Assembly (NCBI GenBank): GCA_051439425.1
Contig: JBFRWD010000092.1
Coordinates: forward strand, 1 to 52,954
Origin: Synechococcus sp.
GTDB lineage: Bacteria; Cyanobacteriota; Cyanobacteriia; Thermostichales; PCC-7336
DNA: 52,954 nt
Direction: 5' to 3'
The position numbers and the translations under genes are program-made. How positions within the stretch are numbered: position 1 is the first letter of the stretch; each line of letters opens with the position of its first letter. Under the pieces are notes generated by a model. The model ran no database searches. It saw only the letters and a program-made list of their open reading frames with translations, and was not told the origin of the DNA. Shown one piece after another: positions 1 to 8,818 of this stretch.

Positions 1-73
1 GTCTTCAGAGCACTGTCCTAACATTGCGGGCGACTGCAATAGAACATGCAGGCGACGATAGATGAATAGAGAA

Positions 74-1261
74 CTAGCCCAATTTGCGTGAATGAGTCCA
101 AGCGGCCTGTGCCGCCAGCCACACCTCTTGTACCGGCACGTTGAACTTGCGCGCCAGTGCAGCGCAATCGCGAAATTCCGGCTGCGCATTGACTAACTGA
201 TGGTGCCGTCTGGCAATCTTGACTTGAATCGACCCGAACTCGGTCTCAACCCGCATCATTTCCCGCTCTAGCACAGAGCGTTGCTGTAGCGATCTGCGAA
301 CCCCAATCGTTGAGGTTTCCATAAACAGAATGCTCTCGCACGCATCTGCTAAGTGCAGGGGCACCACAACGGTCACTAATGTTCCCGGACGATTTTGCTT
401 CATGGTGACCGATTGCGAGAAAACATCGAGTGCCCCTGCCTCAAATAGACGCTCGAACGTATACGCAATCACTTGGGGATTGAGATCGTCAATCTGGGTT
501 TCCAACACCGCGATCGTTTCTGTCGGTTGCGCAGATTGACTGGTTCCCACCCACAGTCGCATCACATTCGGAATTGTTAATTGCCGCGTTCCGGCTCCGA
601 CTCCCACCAGCTCCACAGCCATTGCTGGACTATCGCCAAATGATTGAGCTAGCCCGATCGACAATGCTGCCCCCGTAGGTGTAACAAGCTCCATTTCCTC
701 ACCGTTACTGAATATCGGAACTCGATGATCCTGCCAAAGCTGCAAGACTGCTGGGACGGGCACCGGCATCTTGCCATGAGAGCCGTTCACCCAGCCTCCA
801 CCCACCGGTTGTGGCGAGGCAATCACGCGATCCACCTGCAACCATTCCAATCCGATACAGGTACCGACAATATCCACAATGGAGTCAACTGCCCCCACCT
901 CGTGAAAATGAACCTTTTCCAAAGGCTGGCCGTGTACGACAGCTTCAGCCTCTCCCAAAATACGAAATACATCTAAGCTGCGCTGGGCAACTGCAGGGGA
1001 AAGGGTGGATTCGACAATCAGTCGCTGAATATCGGAATAGTGGCGATGGGGGCTATCGTCGCGGAGGCAATGAACAACGGCCTGAGTGGCATTGACTCCT
1101 GCGCGCTCTACCGAAAATACTTGCAGGTCGAATTCTCCATCCAGCCGTAAGCGGGATAGCTCGTGCTTGAGACGATCCAGAGGAAGACCGCAATCAATCA
1201 ATGCCCCGAGGAACATATCCCCCGCAATTCCAGCCGCACAATCTAGATACGCCAGTTTCAT
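74..1261 (-). CDS. larC: Nickel-pincer cofactor biosynthesis protein LarC
   Basis: N-terminal YLDCAAGIAGDMFLGAL, HFHEVGAVDSIVDIVG, ELVTPTGAAL, LETQIDD and ETSTIGVR motifs are typical of LarC (DUF111). Confidence 0.93.
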   Translation of the reverse strand: MKLAYLDCAAGIAGDMFLGALIDCGLPLDRLKHELSRLRLDGEFDLQVFSVERAGVNATQAVVHCLRDDSPHRHYSDIQRLIVESTLSPAVAQRSLDVFRILGEAEAVVHGQPLEKVHFHEVGAVDSIVDIVGTCIGLEWLQVDRVIASPQPVGGGWVNGSHGKMPVPVPAVLQLWQDHRVPIFSNGEEMELVTPTGAALSIGLAQSFGDSPAMAVELVGVGAGTRQLTIPNVMRLWVGTSQSAQPTETIAVLETQIDDLNPQVIAYTFERLFEAGALDVFSQSVTMKQNRPGTLVTVVVPLHLADACESILFMETSTIGVRRSLQQRSVLEREMMRVETEFGSIQVKIARRHHQLVNAQPEFRDCAALARKFNVPVQEVWLAAQAAWTHSRKLG

Positions 1262-1509
1262 GTGAAGGGGTCTCGCTCAAAGGGATTTTGGAAGCCAGCA
1301 CTACGACTAGCCGAAGATGCTCAGTCGGCGATAAAAGCTGCGGCCGGAAAAGCGGCATCGCCAGGGTGGTACTTTAGCGTTCAGTATGCCCAGAGGTAGT
1401 CGCCCCATACTCAGGTGACGAGTATCACGAGAACGAGGGCTCCTTGCACCTGAGACATGCTAGACCCGAGAGAGCCTGGGGGGTAAAGCCATTAAGGCTA
1501 AGTCCTGTC

Positions 1510-2232
1510 CTACCCCAAATATTCGGCAACCACAACAGTGACGTTATCGCGTCCACCATGCTCCTTCGCCGCATCGACTAGTGCCGTAGGAATTTCTTCC
1601 AACACGTTCGACTGCAGACAAGTATCGGCAATCTGACTGTCATCTAATTCTTCTGTCAAACCGTCACTGCATAGCAATAAGCGATCGCCCAACTCTAGCT
1701 GAATGGGCTGAACGGCAGGAGGTCCGGTATCGGGACGGCCCAAGCAGCGCTCCAAAATATGTCGATAGGGATGCAATTTAGACTGAGCAGGGGTTAGCTC
1801 TCCCAAGCGGACCGCACGAGCTATCAGAGTGTGATCCTCAGTCATCTGTTGCAGGTCTTTGCCACGGAGACGGTAAAGACGCGAATCGCCAATGTGAGCA
1901 CTCCAGCAATGGCCGCTAGGGTCAAGCAGAATTGTCACGATGGTCGTTCCCATGTCTGCGCGGTCGGGATTTTCCGCCTGGTCCTGCAAAATGGAGGCAT
2001 TGGCTTCTTCGATTGCCTGGTTGAGTAACTGCGGTGCAGGAATTTTTGTCCAAGCCCGCCTCAATACAGTTTGTATTGATTCCACAGCAAGCAAACTCGC
2101 TTGCGCTCCGGCAGCATGACCCCCCATACCGTCAGCAACAATGAAAAAGCGCCCATCAGGATCGCAGAAAAACGAGTCTTGATTACTCTGTCGAACCATG
2201 CCGCGGTCCGTATGTCCGGCAAAACGCATCAC
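1510..2232 (-). CDS. PP2C-family (Stp1/PphA-like) Ser/Thr protein phosphatase
   Basis: TDRGMVRQSNQD, VADGMGGH, MGTT, HIGDSRLY, LLLCSDGL and GGRDNVT motifs. Confidence 0.93.
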   Translation of the reverse strand: MMRFAGHTDRGMVRQSNQDSFFCDPDGRFFIVADGMGGHAAGAQASLLAVESIQTVLRRAWTKIPAPQLLNQAIEEANASILQDQAENPDRADMGTTIVTILLDPSGHCWSAHIGDSRLYRLRGKDLQQMTEDHTLIARAVRLGELTPAQSKLHPYRHILERCLGRPDTGPPAVQPIQLELGDRLLLCSDGLTEELDDSQIADTCLQSNVLEEIPTALVDAAKEHGGRDNVTVVVAEYLG

Positions 2233-2488
2233 AATGACAAATCCGCTTGCACAACAAAGTGTTGATGATCAGTGTATTGGGAAACGATCGATTTGACCTC
2301 TGACAATAGGAAATAAGTGCGTCAACTGTAAGTGTGCCCGTGGTACCGATGTCCGTGCCATAGGCAATCCGTGAGAAATGTAGGCTAACCGTGATACTAC
2401 ACCTAGGAGTCGAATCGCTCGCAGTTGCGAACCGTTGTGACGTGCACTTACACTGATGCATCCATGAAGTGGGTGTACCAATTTAACC

Positions 2489-4228
2489 TTAGAATCGGTC
2501 GTACTGTCTGAGCTTGACGGCAGTCCGGATGAGAGTAATCGCAAAAATCAGTGCAATTCCTCCGGCAACCGCTGCGTAGATGGGTAGCTCGGCGATCAAC
2601 AATTGCGTACCTGCCAAGACAAATGTAGCCAACAAGAGGGCTTGAATGACTCCAACACCCGTCGTTTGATTTTTCTGCAACAGGCGGTCTGTCACGACAG
2701 AACGTACTCGAACGCGAATATCTCCTTGCTCTAACTTATCGAGTGTTTGCTCGATCCGGCGCGGCAGATTAATGCTGGTATTGGTAAATTGAGCAGCTTG
2801 CCGGCCGAGGCGATCGATGATGGTGTTCGTTTCTCCGGGATTCGTCTGGGTCATAAGTTCGGTGGTAAATGGCTGGGCAATTTCAATGAAGTTGAATTCA
2901 GGGTCGAGAGCTTTTCCCAAACCTTCGAGGGTTGAGAATGCTCGCATCACAAAAGTAAACGTGGCAGGGAAGCGAAAGGGTTGATCTTGAGCCAGCTCGT
3001 AAAGATCGTCGCTGATGGCTGCAACGGATACATCCTGATGTTCTCCCATAGGGCGATCGAGAAAGTTATCCAGCATGTACTGTACCGATCGCCGAACTGG
3101 AGACATGTCGCTGGTAGGAACCAACGCCCCCAATTCCACTAAAGACTCGACAACCATGCCAGCATCCCGCGAAGCAATGCCTTGCAGTGTAACCATCAAC
3201 TTTGACTTGATGTTGGGAGCAATGTGACCCATCATGCCAAAGTCATAAAAGATCATCGTGCCATCTGGTTTGACTGCCAAATTACCCGGGTGAGGATCGG
3301 CATGGAAAAAGCCATGCTGCAACACTTGTCGCAGATAAGCTTCTGCTCCCAGACGAGCGACGTAAGTTCGATCTAGGCCGGCCGCGGTCAGCGCTTCAAA
3401 GTTGCTGATCTTGATGCCGGGTAAATATTCCAATGTGAGGACGCGCGGAGAGCTGTAGCGCCAATACACCCGCGGAACAACAACATTGGGGACTTCAGTG
3501 AAGTTACGTCGGAAGGTGTCAGCATTACGTCCCTCGCTTAAATAATCCACCTCCTCCCATAACGTGCGGCGGCACTCTTCGTAGATGCCCAGCCAGTCGC
3601 GACCTCCCTTGCCCCATTTGGTACGGTTCTGAAAAAAATCTGCAATTCCGCGCAGGATATCAATATCGATGGTGAACAGTCGATTGAGACCGGGGCGCTG
3701 AACTTTTACGACGATCTCATCCCCATTGTGCAGTTGAGCCCTATGAACCTGACCCAAGCTGGCAGCAGCAATTGGCGTGGGATCGAAATAGGAAAAGATG
3801 GTGTCAATGTCACGATCCAGCTCCTCTTCCACGATGGTTACAACTTTGTCGTAGTCGAAAGCAGGAACCTTGTCTTGGAGAGCCGACAATTCTTCGATGT
3901 ACTCGGTGGGAAATAAATCAGCACGGGTAGAAAACAGTTGGCCGGCCTTGATAAAGGTCGGTCCCAGTTCGAGCAGCGTTTCCCGTATCCAAATCGCTCG
4001 TTGCCGCCTGCGGCGAGACAGTTGCTCCTCTGCGGGGGGGGTGGACGATCCGTAGCTCCAATTTTTTTTGTCCAGCCAGTTGTAATAAACCAGCATGAGA
4101 ACAAATCGCCAAATATCGATCAGGCGACCGCGACGACTGTAGTTGTTGCGCGCCCAGCGGTAAGAGTCGTAAGACTTGGCAGCCCGCTCTCCGGTGGGAG
4201 GCTTTACTGGTAGACGAACTGCAGTCAA
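2489..4228 (-). CDS. AarF/ABC1/UbiB family atypical kinase
   Basis: LGPTFIKAGQ, PIAAASLGQVHRA, VVKVQRP, FFHADPHPGN and YDFGMMG motifs; two C-terminal hydrophobic helices. Confidence 0.93.
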   Translation of the reverse strand: MTAVRLPVKPPTGERAAKSYDSYRWARNNYSRRGRLIDIWRFVLMLVYYNWLDKKNWSYGSSTPPAEEQLSRRRRQRAIWIRETLLELGPTFIKAGQLFSTRADLFPTEYIEELSALQDKVPAFDYDKVVTIVEEELDRDIDTIFSYFDPTPIAAASLGQVHRAQLHNGDEIVVKVQRPGLNRLFTIDIDILRGIADFFQNRTKWGKGGRDWLGIYEECRRTLWEEVDYLSEGRNADTFRRNFTEVPNVVVPRVYWRYSSPRVLTLEYLPGIKISNFEALTAAGLDRTYVARLGAEAYLRQVLQHGFFHADPHPGNLAVKPDGTMIFYDFGMMGHIAPNIKSKLMVTLQGIASRDAGMVVESLVELGALVPTSDMSPVRRSVQYMLDNFLDRPMGEHQDVSVAAISDDLYELAQDQPFRFPATFTFVMRAFSTLEGLGKALDPEFNFIEIAQPFTTELMTQTNPGETNTIIDRLGRQAAQFTNTSINLPRRIEQTLDKLEQGDIRVRVRSVVTDRLLQKNQTTGVGVIQALLLATFVLAGTQLLIAELPIYAAVAGGIALIFAITLIRTAVKLRQYDRF

Positions 4229-4563
4229 ACGGACTCACTCCGGTACTGTTGCAACTGAGAACGAAGTTCGGCAACTTCTGCCCGTAAGTCGTCAAGGGTT
4301 GCCTGCAAGTTAGTTGTGGACGAAGGCGAATCAACTCCAGCGGCAGAAGTCCCCTGATAGTAGATATCGCTGGCGGCGCTAGCTTCTTCAGCTTCAGCCC
4401 GAGCAACCACATCGTGCCCGAATTCTTCCCACTGCTTCTGAGCTTCGGCAATGCCTTTGCCAATTTCTCCCGCTAGATCGGTCATCGCAGCCTCGGCCCG
4501 CTCTGCCAATAAATTGGCAGTGGCTCGTCCGATGAAGAATGCGCGGGTTAACGGATTGGACAT
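4225..4563 (-). CDS. Conserved cyanobacterial small protein (MSNP..AFFxGRA N-terminus, C-terminal coiled coil), usually found upstream of the ABC1 kinase
   Basis: MSNPLTRAFFIGRA start at the ATG at 4563; LQATLDDLRAEVAELRSQLQQYR coiled coil; 4-bp overlap with the kinase start. Confidence 0.8.
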   Translation of the reverse strand: MSNPLTRAFFIGRATANLLAERAEAAMTDLAGEIGKGIAEAQKQWEEFGHDVVARAEAEEASAASDIYYQGTSAAGVDSPSSTTNLQATLDDLRAEVAELRSQLQQYRSESV

Positions 4564-4736
4564 AAAAACTCTGTGCTCTGCATTCGACACTTAACAAACT
4601 ATAACAAAAGCAGCCGTGCAGCCTGCAGCCAATCACTGATTAAAACTCTCACGTGCTCAGCGTTGCCATTTCGCCACGGTTGCAGTAGATATTTGAGCTC
4701 AGAATCAGAAGAAGTCTGACTGATTTTAAGCAATCA

Positions 4737-4797
4737 GTAGCCATGAATTAACGAGCGCCTACTCAGCCTGAGTAGGCGCTCGTTAATTCATGGCTAC
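4737..4797. repeat. Perfect 61-bp palindrome (30-bp arms, 1-nt centre)
   Basis: GTAGCCATGAATTAACGAGCGCCTACTCAG-C-CTGAGTAGGCGCTCGTTAATTCATGGCTAC; arms 4737-4766 and 4768-4797 are exact reverse complements. Confidence 0.97.
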
Positions 4798-4809
4798 GTC
4801 TCACCAATA

Positions 4810-4830
4810 GCTGCCAAAAACAATGGCAGC
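4810..4830 (-). terminator. Short stem-loop just downstream of the 116-aa repeat protein gene, possibly a terminator
   Basis: GCTGCCA-AAAACAA-TGGCAGC 7-bp stem, 18 nt past the stop codon; weak U-tract. Confidence 0.35.
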
Positions 4831-4848
4831 AGAGTGCAGAAGCCTAAC

Positions 4849-5199
4849 TTATGCACTCTGAACAACAGGCAGGCCACCAGGCAGATAGGTCGCAGCAATT
4901 TTCAGGCCGCTGGACATAATGGGACGATTGCCCATAAAGGTAGCCACAACAGTACCGCCACTGGACATGACGGGCCGGTTGTTCATGAACGTACTGGAGA
5001 TTTCACGAGAACGGGCCTGAATAGGCCGACCATTCAAGTAGGTTGAAGAAACCTGCAAACCAGATGCAACGATGGGACGATTCCCCATGAACGTAGACAC
5101 AATATTCATACTGGCGGGGGCGGTAGGACGCAAACCAAGTGCCCCACCTCGTTCGTAAATAGCCAAGCCAGAGGTTGCTTCGCTCTTTTTGGTAGCCAT
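4849..5199 (-). CDS. Hypothetical 116-aa protein made of about five tandem 17-aa (S/A)T(F/Y)xxxRP(I/V) repeats
   Basis: Repeats MNIVSTFMGNRPIVASG / LQVSSTYLNGRPIQARS / REISSTFMNNRPVMSSG / GTVVATFMGNRPIMSSG / LKIAATYLPGGLPVVQS; GAGGGAG RBS upstream of the ATG. Confidence 0.85.
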   Translation of the reverse strand: MATKKSEATSGLAIYERGGALGLRPTAPASMNIVSTFMGNRPIVASGLQVSSTYLNGRPIQARSREISSTFMNNRPVMSSGGTVVATFMGNRPIMSSGLKIAATYLPGGLPVVQSA

Positions 5200-5636
5200 G
5201 GTCGGTACTCCCTCGTAAAAACGGAATTCTGGGGGGCAAGGGGGTTTGGCGGCGTGCCCTGAAACCCGTATGCTCGATAGCTGCTAGCTAAACAGATATA
5301 CCTTAGGATAAATCGAAACCGCTCTTCGATAAAAACTGAACGGTTTGATTCGTGCTTAAGCTAGTGATTTGATTTTATTATTCCTTAGCTATTTGGGTGG
5401 CGCACTGCCATCTCTCGACACAAGTAGCACATAGGGGGCTGTTAGCCGAGGCAATCTTTGGGCAGTGGCGTCCCTCAACAGGGTCACCCTAGATTGGGTC
5501 AAAACAAGCAACTGCAAGCAAAAACTCTACTCGTGGATATCAGGCTGAAGTTGAGTCGTCTTTCAGTGGCGATCGCCTGTAGAGTAGCTGTGTTTGAAGA
5601 CCTTCAGCAATCTGACTATTGATGGGACTTAAAGCA

Positions 5637-6365
5637 ATGGCCGAGGCAATCTTACTGTATGAAGGCAAGGCGAAGCGGATTTATTCCACCGGTACCGATG
5701 GAGTATTGTTGGCACGATATAAGGATGACGCTACAGCCTTTAATGCCCAAAAAAAAGGGCAGATTGCCGGGAAGGGGGCCGTCAACTGTACGGTTGCTGC
5801 CATATTGTTCCAGTATCTGGAGGATGAAGGCATTGCCACACACTTCGTCGATCGACCGTCCCCGACGGAAATGAAGGTAAAGTCGGTTGAGATTGTGCCG
5901 ATTGAGGTGGTGGTGCGCAATCGGGCAGCCGGAACCCTGTGCAAACGGCTCGGCTTGGAGCGAGGTCAGGAAATTGCTCCGCCACTGGTGGAATTTTTCT
6001 ACAAAAATGACGAGCTGGGAGATCCGCTGATTACCACCGACCACATTGACCTCCTAAAGTTGGCCACTCCCGATCAGGTAGACATCTTGCGAGAGCAAGC
6101 CGTGGCGATCGATCGCCTTTTGCAGGCGTTTTTCCTCAAATGCGGATTAGAACTGATTGACTTCAAATTAGAGTTCGGAACGCTGCCAGATGACAGCATT
6201 ATTCTGGCGGATGAAATTAGCCCGGACACCTGCCGGTTGTGGAATGTGGCCGACGAGCGTGTTTTAGACAAAGACTTGTTCCGCTTTGACTTGGGAGATC
6301 CGGTGGCGGGATATCAAGAGGTATTGAAGCGAGTTGAAACCGTAGCCGCCGAGCTGAAAAATTGA
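5637..6365 (+). CDS. purC: Phosphoribosylaminoimidazole-succinocarboxamide (SAICAR) synthase
   Basis: LYEGKAKRIY, KDDATAFNA, PIEVVVRN, DFKLEFG and LADEISPDTCRLW motifs; start placed at the ATG at 5637. Confidence 0.96.
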   Translation: MAEAILLYEGKAKRIYSTGTDGVLLARYKDDATAFNAQKKGQIAGKGAVNCTVAAILFQYLEDEGIATHFVDRPSPTEMKVKSVEIVPIEVVVRNRAAGTLCKRLGLERGQEIAPPLVEFFYKNDELGDPLITTDHIDLLKLATPDQVDILREQAVAIDRLLQAFFLKCGLELIDFKLEFGTLPDDSIILADEISPDTCRLWNVADERVLDKDLFRFDLGDPVAGYQEVLKRVETVAAELKN

Positions 6366-6490
6366 TTGCGACTAGTCATCAATAGTCTCCGAGCTTCGAT
6401 CTCGTTGCTCCAGCTACCTTCGTAAGGGGGGTGAACTATCAGTGACGGGTTTAGTATGGTTATAATCCCCAACTACTTCGTTATTCACTT

Positions 6491-6865
6491 ATGGCTCTTC
6501 CAGGTCTTGGCCACGTAGCAGTAAAAGTGGCAGACATCCCCAAAGCTTTAGAGTTCTACCAAACCCTGGGGATGACAGTGGTCTGGGAAGACTCTGATTG
6601 GGCTTATGTCAAAGCTGGTAAAGATGGGCTGGCCTTGTTGGGACCTGGGTATAAAGCCGCTGGGCCGCACTTTGGGTTTGTGTTTCGAGATCGCCAGCAT
6701 CTAGAGGCCGAACATCAGCGAATTACTCAGTTAGGGGTCAAGCTGGGAGCTATTCACGATCATCGTGATGGTACGGCCTCCTGTTACGGCAGAGATTTGG
6801 ACGGCAATGTATTCGAACTACTGTACGAACCCGAGGAATCTAAGCTATCGACTATGCTTTTGTAG
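6491..6865 (+). CDS. VOC/glyoxalase superfamily protein
   Basis: LGHVAVKV...ALEFY, PHFGF, HDHRDGTASCYGRDLDGNVFE metal-binding H/E pattern. Confidence 0.88.
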   Translation: MALPGLGHVAVKVADIPKALEFYQTLGMTVVWEDSDWAYVKAGKDGLALLGPGYKAAGPHFGFVFRDRQHLEAEHQRITQLGVKLGAIHDHRDGTASCYGRDLDGNVFELLYEPEESKLSTMLL

Positions 6866-6916
6866 TTCGTGCAGGCGAGTGGACTATACCGGTTAGGACG
6901 TTACGTCGTAGTTGGC

Positions 6917-7132
6917 TTAGAAGTCGCCACGATTAGCAGTATCGATCGCCTCGCAGGCCACATCAATGGCAGAAGCTTTGTGCTCCCAATCCTCTTGGGC
7001 CATTGATTCTTGCAAAGTAGACGCTAGTCGAGCTTGAGTATCGGCATAGCGATATAGCGCAAATAAAATATCTTCAAGGTTGTAATGTTCGAGCAATCCA
7101 TACAAGCTGGATTGGAGGTTGGATTCGGGCAT
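6917..7132 (-). CDS. Small hypothetical helical protein (about 71 aa)
   Basis: Protein-like amphipathic ORF MPESNLQSSLYGLLEHYNLEDILFAL... filling the gap convergent with the VOC gene; start uncertain (7132 or 7144). Confidence 0.6.
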   Translation of the reverse strand: MPESNLQSSLYGLLEHYNLEDILFALYRYADTQARLASTLQESMAQEDWEHKASAIDVACEAIDTANRGDF

Positions 7133-7441
7133 AAGACAACCCACAGACAGCGAATTTTAACGTTCGTCAAGCGATGCGATCGCAGGAAACGAGAATTGCG
7201 AACATCAGTTCCGGATTAATTGATCGACGGCTCTATTGTTTTGACTTGACACACCAAAAGAATTGCAAAGCGAATATCGCATTGTAATGGTTCCACAGAA
7301 CCTTGACAGTAGCCTTCCCCTGCACCCAGCTATTCGAACCATGCAGGCTGGCGTCTTCTAGGTAATTTCAACACCTTATCCCTAATGTAGAACAAAACCT
7401 GCCTGAGCCATTTTGGGGGTGGCAATTGAATATCAACTGTT

Positions 7442-8629
7442 TTACTGCGGGACGATCCCCCTTGGGGGCTTGGCTTTACCTCCCCATTCAGTTACCAATG
7501 GTCCCATCAGCAAAGTTAATGCGACATAGACAATCGAGGCATTAAACAACTGAGATTCCAGCAAGCCCGCCTCCTGGCCGAATAGCACAATGACTAAAAT
7601 CAATGCTGCTCGTGAGAGGGTAAGTCCCGACATCACTAGCATTTCAGGCCAGTCGTACCCAAACCACTTGCCAGCCAACCATGCGGCGATAACTTTACCT
7701 CCGCAAGCACCGACGACGATAGCCAAGCCCAAGAGCAAACTGGCGGGCTGAGTGACAAACACCCTCAGATTGCACAATACGCCAGCAGAAATGAGAAAAG
7801 CGGGAATAAACAATCCATTTCCGATTGTTTCCAAGTGGGCGACCACCTCCGAACCACCAGCCGGAATGGTGCGGTTGAGAGCCAGCCCCACAATAAATGC
7901 CCCAACAATACCATCAACCCCCAATAGCTGAGTAAGGGATGCAATCGCGAACACGATCGCCAGCACAAGAGCAACACGAGTGGGGATAGAAAGCTGCAGC
8001 ACTCCTCGGTCAGTCGGTGCGAACGCAACTCGGCCCAGATACGGGAGCCCGATCCAGCAGGCGATCGCTAGCGCAGGTAGCAGCACCAACAGGCGGACCC
8101 ACAGCAGTAAGTCTACAGCCCCTGTCGCCGCCGCCTGCACAATGGCATATCCAGCCAATGTAATCACGGTTGTCACTGCCGTCCCCCCGACAGCGACGGC
8201 CACCACCTCTGATTGAGCCCATCCCATTTCGGCGACTAGCGGGAAACTCACCAACATATGAGGAGAATACAGCAACCCCATGAGAACAATTCCAAACAAT
8301 CCCAAATCGAGTAGGCTGCCAGTCGCAACACCGATGGTGAAAGGCACCCCAAAGGTCAGCAATCCGAACACTAATGCCCGCGGGCCAACTCGCCTCAAAT
8401 CGCTCAGATCGGTTTGCAGTCCCGCCAGCAGCATAATCATCAGCAACCCAATCTTTTCCATCAGAATCAACTGGGCATCTCGTTCCAACCAACCCAATCC
8501 GTGGGTTCCCGCGATCGCGCCGATGCTGATTAGTAGGACAAGTGACGGAATACGCAGCCGTTTACTCAACAGAGGGGCGATCGCTGCTGAGGCGAACACG
8601 GCAAATAGCAAAACAATTGGGTTATTCAT
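7442..8629 (-). CDS. Cation:proton antiporter (CPA2/KefB-like Na+/H+ exchanger)
   Basis: About 12 hydrophobic segments, GLLMIMLLAGLQTD, GIVGAFIVGLAL and LFIPAFLISAG; start placed at the ATG at 8629 because the upstream extension overlaps the divergent ALDH gene. Confidence 0.88.
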   Translation of the reverse strand: MNNPIVLLFAVFASAAIAPLLSKRLRIPSLVLLISIGAIAGTHGLGWLERDAQLILMEKIGLLMIMLLAGLQTDLSDLRRVGPRALVFGLLTFGVPFTIGVATGSLLDLGLFGIVLMGLLYSPHMLVSFPLVAEMGWAQSEVVAVAVGGTAVTTVITLAGYAIVQAAATGAVDLLLWVRLLVLLPALAIACWIGLPYLGRVAFAPTDRGVLQLSIPTRVALVLAIVFAIASLTQLLGVDGIVGAFIVGLALNRTIPAGGSEVVAHLETIGNGLFIPAFLISAGVLCNLRVFVTQPASLLLGLAIVVGACGGKVIAAWLAGKWFGYDWPEMLVMSGLTLSRAALILVIVLFGQEAGLLESQLFNASIVYVALTLLMGPLVTEWGGKAKPPRGIVPQ

Positions 8630-8633
8630 CAAA

Positions 8634-8693
8634 TAGTTGATTGAACGTGAGCTGATTGCTAGAGAGTTGATTACTAAAGAGTGGACTGAGAGG
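8634..8693. repeat. Degenerate 15-bp tandem repeat (four units) in a divergent promoter region
   Basis: TAGTTGATTGAACGT / GAGCTGATTGCTAGA / GAGTTGATTACTAAA / GAGTGGACTGAGAGG at 8634, 8649, 8664 and 8679. Confidence 0.5.
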
Positions 8694-8818
8694 GTGCGAG
8701 CCGTATAAGCGAGGCTGCATACTAAGAGTGAACTGTAGTGTGGACTTAAAGAAACCCCTGCTGCCACAGTGGTAACTTGCCCGCGCTTCTCTTTTGGATT
8801 GATTGCAGGAGCAAAGCC

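Noticed and set aside
74..1261. larC without larA/B/E nearby
   Set aside because: Dispersed lar genes are common in cyanobacteria, so this is not unusual.
1262..1509. Possible nblA or small ORF after the PP2C gene; also a CTCAGGTG...CACCTGAG 8-bp inverted repeat near 1410-1454
   Set aside because: The ATG-initiated minus-strand ORFs I translated were very short with no NblA-like pattern, and an 8-bp inverted repeat alone is not enough to call an RNA.
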